Origin: Podarcis melisellensis
Lineage: Eukaryota
Direction: 5' to 3' (one strand)
NCBI GenBank assembly: GCA_964234715.1
Contig: OZ174281.1
DNA: 64,000 nucleotides
Below the pieces are notes generated by a model. The model searched no databases and was not told where the DNA came from. It saw nothing but the letters and a program-made list of their open reading frames with translations. Positions 12,976 to 22,431 of the stretch are shown here, in pieces. A program made the translations under genes and the position numbers. Each line of letters starts with the position of its first letter. The stretch's first letter is position 1.

Positions 12976-15424
12976 GCTACTGTGGCAATGAAAGAGATTT
13001 CATTGAGAGTAAGGATGAATCCAGGCCAGTAAGAGGCATTGTCACAGCTCAGGGACACAGTTCACTCAAAGATGTCACAGAGCACAGTCAGTATGGGATT
13101 GGTGTGGCCTGAGAGAGTATTGAGAGGTGGGCAGAGAGGTCTGTAGGACTACATTTGGCCCTAGGCCTAAAGTTCCCCAACCCTGATGCCGAGCCTCTCA
13201 TGTGTGATCATTAGCAAACACATTCCTAAGATGTGGCTATATAATTTTATACTAAAAGTGAATGAACTCTGCAAAGCCTGTAGGGTTCTCTGCGGTCCAT
13301 GCTATATAATGTACTCCTTATTAACTGCAGACTAGAAAATCTTTACATTGTAGTAATTCACTGTAATGAATACAGTTTTGAATTTCTTTCAAAGCTCATT
13401 CCAACCAACATATCATTTCCATCTGAACACAGCGTTGTGTTTCTTTGTAAGCAAAGAACGTCATACCTTGAAAGCTCTACATTAGCAAACAGTTTGCTTT
13501 TTCGTCAGCAGCAATCAGTTTTTGAATTCTTTTTTTTTAATCCAACTATGGTTCTCATGGTGTAGTAAATGACATTAGGCTTTTGTAAATTCTTGCAGAA
13601 TATAACAGATCATTGGTTTTATAACACAGTCACTGTTTTTGCATTTTGATGAGATTATTAGATGCAGTCTTGAATACAACATCCCCGAATACTGTTAGTT
13701 AAAAAAAAATAAAAGTTTACTAAATGGTATCTTGTCAACTGTATCTGAAAATCACCATAGTTCCTTTATTCTTCCCTTCATGTGACGGTATTTTTGTAAG
13801 CTGATGAGTTCTACCAATATGAGGTTATGAAATCATTACTCTAATCTGTATTTAGGTTTGCTCCTAATGTGTTTATTAAAACATATACAGGGCAAAGAAA
13901 GTGGAATATGTTATCCTCTCCATGAATTTATTTCATACATTAACTAAAAGGGGATCAAAACAAGCATGCGTTAGTTAATTTTTGCCCCATCTACTATGAG
14001 AACTATTTTCAAGTTGCACAAACCAGCAGAATCAGCAGAGTCTCTGTCTGGCTGATGGTTAGGATGCCACTATCAATATTTGACTCCACAACCAGGTGAC
14101 TCTGGTGACCAATAAATATGCATTGTTGGTAGAGGTCACATAAACTTATGAGTGACCCAGATGAGAGCCCTCAAAACTCAATGACCAGTTTTGAGCACAA
14201 TCCTCTTCTCACTCATAAAGCCATGGTCTTTGGTCATTCTGAAATTGAAAGGGACATACAGGTCCATGAATGTCAATGCCAAAAGCATGCTCAACCAAAG
14301 AAACACAAACAAGAAATAGAATGTGCATTGTACTGGGGGCAGGGGGAAGAAAAAATAATATATTTTGTCTCCTTATATGCACTGTACCATAGTACATTTT
14401 ATTTTCAGATATAAAATTAAGAAACATCAAGTTTTGATCTGGATGAAAAGTCCCCAGTGTCTTCTCTCACAGAAAACAGATCTTTTCTCTCTCCTGTAGA
14501 CAGATTGACAATCCCAAATAACAGGAGTGTAATCTAACAATCATTATTTGTAACTAAGCCTCATTGAATTCAATGTAACTTACTTTCAAGTAGGTATGCA
14601 TAGGTTTGGGCTGTAAGCTCCACTCAACTCAATGGGAACAATTCTGCACAAATGTGTATATGATCCAGCTGTACATCTCATTGAAATCACTAATGATCTG
14701 TTTCATAACAAATATTTGTCTCAAAAACTCTATGAACTATGAATGTAGGAGAATCTCATAGACATCCCTGGAACTTAAATACATAGCCAAATATATTAGT
14801 TGCAACTATTGTTTTCTGAAGTGTGCCTTATACACAGACTATAGGTCATGGAAGCTTACATAAAGTGGTTACATTTGGCACTGATTCCTCATCATGTTCA
14901 GACTCTAACAAAACATGTGAATCAAATGTCATCATCACAGGCCACACAAGTAGGAGTATGCAAAATCTGCATTTTCCTTATATTTTCCTACCAACATTGA
15001 TTGGAAACTACTTGAAAAAAATTAATTACAAAATGCAAGAATTCTGCTCTAGGAGCCTTTTTCAACTGAAAATGCCCATATCATGTGTCTAACTGACATG
15101 TTCTGTTTCCTTTAGATTTTGACAAAGCACAGTCAGGTCTTCAACTTCACATCCTTTTCTTTAACTCAATGCAGTTCTGCCAATTTATATACAGTTGCAA
15201 TCGAAATTACTCTACCCCCATTGGAAATCAGGTTTATTATCTAAATTTACATACTTTCAGCTGTTTGCAGTGAGCAAATCAAACAAAAGCAATTGAAATA
15301 GCTCAACATAATGGATTTTTCAATTGGCTTCCCCAAATTCAGCTGAAAATGCAACTTAGACTGGTTTATGTAGTCTCACTATTATTCAACCCCCCAAATA
15401 GAATCCCTCACAACAGCATAACAG

Positions 15425-15546
15425 CAATCATGGCCCTCCAGAAGCTGCTGACTACAACTCCTATCAGCCTCAATGCATGGCCAATGGTCAGGGAGTATGG
15501 GAGTTTGAGTCCAACACCTGAAGGGCTACAGGTTCCCACCCCACCT
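15425..15546. mobile_element. ~140-bp palindromic hAT-type MITE (same family)
   Basis: tggccctccaga...gactacaactcctatcag...gggagtttgagtcc...ctgaagggctacaggttcccaccc. Confidence 0.6.
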
Positions 15547-15602
15547 GCACCACTTTGCCCTAGAGGAATTTTAAAACAAATATTATTTAGTACATTTTAT
15601 AT

Positions 15603-15967
15603 GAGGGATGTGGGTGGCGCTGTGGTCTAAACCACTGAGCCTAGGGCTTGCCCGATTGGAAGGTCGGCGGTACAAATCCCCGCGACGGGGTGAGCTCCCG
15701 TTGCTCGGTCCCTGCTCCTGCCAACCTAGCAGTTCGAAAGCACATCAAAGTGCAAGTAGATAAATAGGTACTGCTCCAGCAGGAAGGTATACGGCGTTTC
15801 CATGCGCTTCTCTGGTTTCACCAGAAGCGGCTTAGTCATGCTGGCCACATGACCCGGAAAAACTGTCTGCGGACAAACGCCGGCTCCCTTGGCCAGTAAA
15901 GCGAGATGAGCGCCGCAACCCCAGAGTCATTCTCGACTGGACTTAACTGTCAGGGGTCCTTTACCTT
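15603..15967 (+). mobile_element. Full-length Sauria (Squam1) SINE
   Basis: tRNA-like head gggatgtgggtggcgctgtggtctaaacc, diagnostic body ctgccaacctagcagttcgaaagcac...gtcatgctggccacatgacccgg, and (acctt)n-type tail. 12-bp TSD tacattttatat at 15591-15602 and 15968-15979. Confidence 0.95.
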
Positions 15968-16699
15968 TACATTTTATATCCCACCAGTTTTTCACCATGG
16001 GAATTCAAGGTGGTCTACATATGGTTTCCAGTTGGTGTCCCATTCAGGCACTGACCATACTCAGACCTACTGCATCACAGTAGCTAAAACCTATGTCCTA
16101 GGACTAGAGAGCAGATGCATTGCATTCTAGTTTAATCTATAAGACAACATATCAAAGGAGAATAAGGACAGAAGATGTAGTAAAAGATTAACTTTGTTGA
16201 ATCTTGGCATGGAGATCCATTCTCCTCTGACAACAGTATACCTATCCATTCAGATCATAGATTATGTAAATTTCTGCAATATACTGAAGTAGTGGAGCTC
16301 ACTAGCAAGTGCTGAAAACAGAAGAAAACAGTAGGTTAAGTGCTGTGCTTTTATTTTCTCCTTTTTTATTCTGTCAGTGTTTTTATTGCTAGGATTGCTT
16401 AATGTGAGCATTATGTCTTGCATCAATTGTGACGAGGGGCAAGTGGCACTTCCACATAATTGTGCTTGTATGATAATCCTTTTCATGTTTTTTTTTAAAA
16501 AAATGGAGGTGAATGTTGAATGGAAATTGATTAATCAATGGGGTTTCCAATAATAAGGAATAAAGTAGCATTCCAATCTTTTTGATGTCTTGTTTTTTAA
16601 AAATAAAAAAAGAATATGGCTTCTGTTTTAAGAAGGGACATAAAAAGCTGCTGTTTACCAGATCAGACTGTTATTTATATTGTCTGGCAGGGGCTCTCC

Positions 16700-16820
16700 A
16701 AGGAGGGTTGGAAGGATTTGTCAATTTCAGTCCTCTCGGTTTTTCATTTTTCCAGTCTTAAATTCAGATCTCCACATTTCTGCAGCAATTTGCGGTTTTT
16801 CTTTTCAAAACTCCTCATGA
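16700..16820 (+). mobile_element. Fragment of a DNA-transposon-like interspersed repeat
   Basis: agggttggaaggatttgtcaatttcagtcctctcgg...ctccacatttctgcagcaatttgcgg resembles a common lizard repeat terminus; recognised from memory only. Confidence 0.4.
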
Positions 16821-16913
16821 GCAGTGAGAGAAATCAGGTTCGCCAGCACACACCTTGGCATGGTTTTCCTTAGAATGATGGCCATTCGAGAGGGTGATAT
16901 CTTTCTGATACAT

Positions 16914-16915
<2 letters not shown>

Positions 16916-16960
<45 letters not shown>
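16916..16960. repeat. (TA)n microsatellite flanking the Penelope-like element
   Basis: Perfect TA run. Further runs at 17355-17398 and 19350-19379. Confidence 0.95.
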
Positions 16961-16963
<3 letters not shown>

Positions 16964-17257
16964 CAGTACAGCCATCTTCTCAGAAAAACTCTTCACAAAG
17001 TTCAAGAGGTCAAGACACAAAGACTTTAGCAACTAATCCACACCTAATGACCCACCTAAGTGGTACTCAGGATATCACTCAAGAAATCACTCAAGATATC
17101 CCTCAGGTAATTAAGGAACAAAAGAAGAAAAGGCACACTAGCCTGGGAACTTCCTCTCTGCCCAGAACATTGGAGGCTATACACCACACCCCCTCAACAG
17201 TATTTATAGGAACTCAAACACTGAGATCCTGCTCTGTTCCAGTAACAAGAAGCCGAA

Positions 17258-17310
17258 AGCACCAGCCTGAAGATGACGAGTGAGACCTCGTCGAAACGTC
17301 GCCTAGACAC
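17258..17310 (+). ncRNA. Minimal type I hammerhead ribozyme motif in pLTR copy 1
   Basis: CUGAAGA-U-[GACGAG/ugagac/CUCGUC]-GAAA-CGUC: core boxes, a perfect 6-bp stem II and a palindromic minimal stem III (ACGU). Predicted cleavage after C17300. Stem I is weak. Confidence 0.75.
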
Positions 17311-17351
17311 CCCAACTTTTACACGGGAAGACACCCGAGGACACCAAAACC

Positions 17352-17400
<49 letters not shown>

Positions 17401-17472
17401 TTTCGTAGATTTTCACGGGTGCAGGAATGCAGGTTTTGGTGTCCTCGGGTGTCTTCCCGTGTAAAAGTTGGG

Positions 17473-17525
17473 GTGTCTAGGCGACGTTTCGACGAGGTCT
17501 CACTCGTCATCTTCAGGCTGGTGCT
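17473..17525 (-). ncRNA. Hammerhead ribozyme motif, copy 2
   Basis: Exact reverse complement of the copy 1 motif. Confidence 0.75.
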
Positions 17526-18686
17526 TTCGGCTTCTTGTTACTGGAACAGAGCAGGATCTCAGTGTTTGAGTTCCTATAAATACTGTTGAGGGGGTGTGGT
17601 GTATAGCCTCCAATGTTCTGGGCAGAGAGGAAGTTCCCAGGCTAGTGTGCCTTTTCTTCTTTTGTTCCTTAATTACTTGAGGGATATCTTGAGTGATTTC
17701 TTGAGTGATATCCTGAGTACCACTTAGGTGGGTCATTAGGTGTGGATTAGTTGCTAAAGTCTTTGTGTCTTGACCTCTTGAACTTTGTGAAGAGTTTTTC
17801 TGAGAAGATGGCTGTACTGCACTTAGTTGTGCTCTGGCTTGGCTTCGTGTATAGGGGCGAGCTGTGGTTTTGTGGCCTGTGTCAGCCAGATCTGTGTAGG
17901 GATTGCAGGGGGGTGCAGCATCCGGAGGTGCCACCATGGTTTGGCTACTGGATGGTGTCTGTAATTTATCTGTGGAGAGGGTCTGGGTTTGGGTCTGGTG
18001 TGGTTGATTGGTGATAGCGTTCTGTGTGCCTCTGGATCTGGTGTCAGTTTTTGTGGGGAGGGCTAATTTCCAGATGTCTGGCAAGCGGGATGTGTCGTCA
18101 CGCTTGTTCATGTTGTGAGGGTGTTTCTCTATCTCGATGGCTTCCATGATTATTCTCTTGTGGTGATGTTCCATGTTAAAGAGCAATTTGGAATCTGCAA
18201 AATTAATTTCGTGTCCTGTTTCTTTCATGTGTTGGAAAAGAGAGGAAGTTTTTTTCTTCTTTTTTGACGGCATTCTTGTGTTCTGCGATACGTGCATTTA
18301 TTCGTCTGTTTGTTTGTCCAATGTACGTGGCTGGGCAGACTTTGCAGGGTATTTCATAGACCCCTTGGTTTTCCAACTGGATTTTATCCTTGGGGTTTCT
18401 GAGGATATTGGCTATTTTTTTGGTTGGTGCAAAAGGCTGTTTTGATATTGTGTTTATGGAGGATTTTGCTAATTTTATCTGTAGTGCCCTTGATATAAGG
18501 AAGGAGGGCCATGCCATTGTTTTCTTCTGTGTCTTGGTTTTTGGGGGGTGTTTCTTTTTGGATTAGCTTCGTAACCCTGTTTTGCTGGTATCCATTGGCA
18601 ATTAACACATTTGAGAGATTCTGTAACTCAGTTGTCAAGTGGTCTTTGTCACCCAGGCGTTTGGTTCTGGAGATGAGAGTCTTGGC
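17500..18686 (-). pseudogene. Truncated Penelope ORF: thumb/linker + GIY-YIG endonuclease + Thr/Gln/Pro-rich C-terminal extension, with two frameshifts
   Basis: Pieces lie in three frames (ORF track 18384-18740, 18203-18517, 17500-18297), joined at homopolymer runs near 18415-18421 and 18248-18265. No RT core is present. Confidence 0.88.
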
Positions 18687-19222
18687 TCTCCCCACAAAAA
18701 CTGACACCAGATCCAGAGGCACACAGAACGCCATCACCAATCAACCACACCAGACCCAAACCCAGACCCTCTCCACAGATAAATTACAGACACCATCCAG
18801 TAGCCAAACCATGGTGGCACCTCCGGATGCTGCACCCCCCTGCAATCCCTACACAGATCTGGCTGACACAGGCCACAAAACCACAGCTCGCCCCTATACA
18901 CGAAGCCAAGCCAGAGCACAACTAAGTGCAGTACAGCCATCTTCTCAGAAAAACTCTTCACAAAGTTCAAGAGGTCAAGACACAAAGACTTTAGCAACTA
19001 ATCCACACCTAATGACCCACCTAAGTGGTACTCAGGATATCACTCAAGAAATCACTCAAGATATCCCTCAAGTAATTAAGGAACAAAAGAAGAAAAGGCA
19101 CACTAGCCTGGGAACTTCCTCTCTGCCCAGAACATTGGAGGCTATACACCACACCCCCTCAACAGTATTTATAGGAACTCAAACACTGAGATCCTGCTCT
19201 GTTCCAGTAACAAGAAGCCGAA

Positions 19223-19275
19223 AGCACCAGCCTGAAGATGACGAGTGAGACCTCGTCGAAACGTCGCCTAGACAC
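19223..19275 (+). ncRNA. Hammerhead ribozyme motif, copy 3
   Basis: Identical motif; core at 19232-19265. Confidence 0.75.
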
Positions 19276-19347
19276 CCCAACTTTTACACGGGAAGACACC
19301 CGAGGACACCAAAACCTGCATTCCTGTACCCGTGAAAATCTACGAAA

Positions 19348-19382
<35 letters not shown>

Positions 19383-19689
19383 AGCTGAATATAAGAGAAA
19401 TAGACCCGCAGCACCAACTCTCCAACAGATCTTGTTCCCCAATTAGGTTTCTAAGGCCCCTTTGCCCACCCACTGAGCCATAGCTTTGGATTTAGCACAG
19501 AGAACAAGCTAAGTATCTGTGTTTTCTCAGCAGAAGAGAGGATTAGCCCAGCTCTGTTGTTTCCTGATATCACCTCCAGCCAATGTGGTGGGGTGTGGGG
19601 AAGCCTGCCCAGTTTAGCTCTCATCTGAAAGCATCTCCAGCTGGTAGTTTCTCCAGCAGCCAGTCACCTATATGCTTTAGTCTCGCCAA

Positions 19690-22431
19690 AGACTCTCCTC
19701 CCTGAAAGAGAGGGGAGTGGTTGTGGACGGGAGTCCGAGCACCGCTCCTAGCAGGGGGCGTTGCCCCCTGCCTCCAGCTCACCTGGCTGGCACTCACGCC
19801 CCCCCCCGGTGGCCATCCAACCAGGTGCCATGGGGGGGCGTGTCCAGCAGCCTTTATGCTGCAGTGCCAGCCTCCCCGCGGCCTCATTTCTCTTTGTCGT
19901 TGGATTAGCATCAACTGGTGATGAACCCCTGGTGAATAAACCCACTTGTTTCGCGATCCAATGCCTAAGCCAATACCTTTTCATTGCTGTAATCAATAAA
20001 GTTGTGGCCTTTTCTAGCCCATTAACCTTATATCACGTGTCCCTGTGTCTTCATTTTACTTCGCGGGGGTCGGGTCCTCGAACCACAAAGACTCTCCTCC
20101 CTGAAAGAGAGGGGAGTGGTTGTGGACGGGAGCCCGAGCACCGCTCCTAGCAGGGGGCGTTGCCCCCTGCCTCCAGCTCACCTGGCTGGCACTCACGCCC
20201 CCCCCCGGTGGCCATCCAACCAGGTGCCATGGGGGGGCGTGTCCAGCAGCCTTTATGCTGCAGTGCCAGCCTCCCCCCGGCCTCATTTCTCTTTGTCGTT
20301 GGATTAGCATCAACTGGTGATGAACCCCTGGTGAATAAACCCACTTGTTTCGCGATCCAATGCCTAAGCCAATACCTTTTCATTGCTGTAATCAATAAAG
20401 TTGTGGCCTTTTCTAGCCCATTAACCTTATATCACGTGTCCCTGTGTCTTCATTTTACTTCGCGGGGGTCGGGTCCTCGAACCACAAAGACTCTCCTCCC
20501 TGAAAGAGAGGGGAGTGGTTGTGGACGGGAGCCCGAGCACCGCTCCTAGCAGGGGGCGTTGCCCCCTGCCTCCAGCTCACCTGGCTGGCACTCACGCCCC
20601 CCCCCGGTGGCCATCCAACCAGGTGCCATGGGGGGGCGTGTCCAGCAGCCTTTATGCTGCAGTGCCAGCCTCCCCCCCGGCCTCATTTCTCTTTGTCGTC
20701 CTGGGCGAGTCACCCACCCTCCACTCCCTTTGAGTTAGGGCTTAGGTCATTGGCCTTGCTATGGACCTTAGGTTGGTCGCCCCGGTTGCCCGGGGGGCCT
20801 GGTAGGAGTTTTTCCATTTGGCATTAGGCTTTTTGGTTTTTTCGCCTACCTCGTAGCAATCGTCACAACTTTTTGGTGGTATTGGTGGGTAGGTTAGGCA
20901 TTGGAATAATCTGTTGTGGTGTGTTGAAGTGCTAGGTGTGGCCATCGCCTATGCCTTCAATTTCTAGGGGTATTCCGTTAATGGAATCTGGCGGTCGTGT
21001 ATTCCGTCCGAAGCCTGCTTGGCGGGAGGCCATGGCACAACCCTCGGTGACATCAGGGGTGAGCCTATAGTTGGATTAGCATCAACTGGTGATGAACCCC
21101 TGGTGAATAAACCCACTTGTTTCGCGATCCAATGCCTAAGCCAATACCTTTTCATTGCTGTAATCAATAAAGTTGTGGCCTTTTCTAGCCCATTAACCTT
21201 ATATCACGTGTCCCTGTGTCTTCATTTTACTTCGCGGGGGTCGGGTCCTCGAACCACAAAGACTCTCCTCCCTGAAAGAGAGGGGAGTGGTTGTGGACGG
21301 GAGCCCGAGCACCGCTCCTAGCAGGGGGCGTTGCCCCCTGCCTCCAGCTCACCTGGCTGGCACTCACGCCCCCCCCCGGTGGCCATCCAACCAGGTGCCA
21401 TGGGGGGGCGTGTCCAGCAGCCTTTATGCTGCAGTGCCAGCCTCCCCCCGGCCTCATTTCTCTTTGTCGTTGGATTAGCATCAACTGGTGATGAACCCCT
21501 GGTGAATAAACCCACTTGTTTCGCGATCCAATGCCTAAGCCAATACCTTTTCATTGCTGTAATCAATAAAGTTGTGGCCTTTTCTAGCCCATTAACCTTA
21601 TATCACGTGTCCCTGTGTCTTCATTTTACTTCGCGGGGGTCGGGTACTCGAACCACAAAGACTCTCCTCCCTGAAAGAGAGGGGAGTGGTTGTGGACGGG
21701 AGCCCGAGCACCGCTCCTAGCAGGGGGCGTTGCCCCCTGCCTCCAGCTCACCTGGCTGGCACTCACGCCCCCCCCCCGGTGGCCATCCAACCAGGTGCCA
21801 TGGGGGGGCGTGTCCAGCAGCCTTTATGCTGCAGTGCCAGCCTCCCCCCCGGCCTCATTTCTCTTTGTCGTCCTGGGCGAGTCACCCACCCTCCACTCCC
21901 TTTGAGTTAGGGCTTAGGTCATTGGCCTTGCTATGGACCTTAGGTTGGTCGCCCCGGTTGCCCGGGGGGCCTGGTAGGAGTTTTTCCATTTGGCATTAGG
22001 CTTTTTGGTTTTTTCGCCTACCTCGTAGCAATCGTCACAACTTTTTGGTGGTATTGGTGGGTAGGTTAGGCATTGGAATAATCTGTTGTGGTGTGTTGAA
22101 GTGCTAGGTGTGGCCATCGCCTATGCCTTCAATTTCTAGGGGTATTCCGTTAATGGAATCTGGCGGTCGTGTATTCCGTCCGAAGCCTGCTTGGCGGGAG
22201 GCCATGGCACAACCCTCGGTGACATCAGGGGTGAGCCTATAGTTGGATTAGCATCAACTGGTGATGAACCCCTGGTGAATAAACCCACTTGTTTCGCGAT
22301 CCAATGCCTAAGCCAATACCTTTTCATTGCTGTAATCAATAAAGTTGTGGCCTTTTCTAGCCCATTAACCTTATATCACGTGTCCCTGTGTCTTCATTTT
22401 ACTTCGCGGGGGTTGGGTCCTCGAACCACAA
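19690..22431 (+). mobile_element. Non-autonomous Ngaro-type (DIRS-order, tyrosine recombinase) retroelement array A-B-A-B-A-C-B-A-B-A-C-B
   Basis: A (~211 bp): 19690, 20089, 20488, 21260, 21659. B (~188 bp): 19901, 20300, 21072, 21471, 22244. C (372 bp): 20700, 21872. The array contains the split-direct-repeat order A-C-B-A-B (20488-21658). There is no long TSD, only a shared CAA at both ends, and no coding capacity. Confidence 0.8.

Larger units (their letters stand above)
16962..19350. mobile_element. Young Penelope-like retroelement (Penelope/Poseidon-type) composite: partial pLTR(+) 16962-17356, 5'-truncated body(-) 17398-18686, inverted pLTR(+) 18688-19350
   Basis: The minus strand encodes RT-thumb/linker plus GIY-YIG endonuclease (GVYEIPCKVCPATYIGQTNRRINARIAEH...EAIEI...MNKRDD). 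Three near-identical copies of the 3' repeat (one difference noticed between pairs), with (TA)n at the ends. Confidence 0.93.

Noticed and set aside
13467-13691. Minus-strand segment bounded by acceptor-like and donor-like sites
   Set aside because: Closed in all three frames; a non-coding exon cannot be supported without RNA data.
13801-13840. CTGATGA...GAAA hammerhead-like words (also ~14158, ~23025, ~23833, ~56997)
   Set aside because: No convincing stem II/III or cleavage triplet; expected by chance.
18511-19248. 245-aa + strand ORF as a host gene
   Set aside because: It is a chimera of antisense Penelope body and the inverted pLTR frame, created by the inversion junction.
19690-22431. 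Retrozyme, CRISPR-like or satellite interpretation of the 399-bp repeat
   Set aside because: No CUGANGA...GAAA core was found by eye on either strand and there are no variable spacers. The A-C-B-A-B order and CAA core fit Ngaro better.
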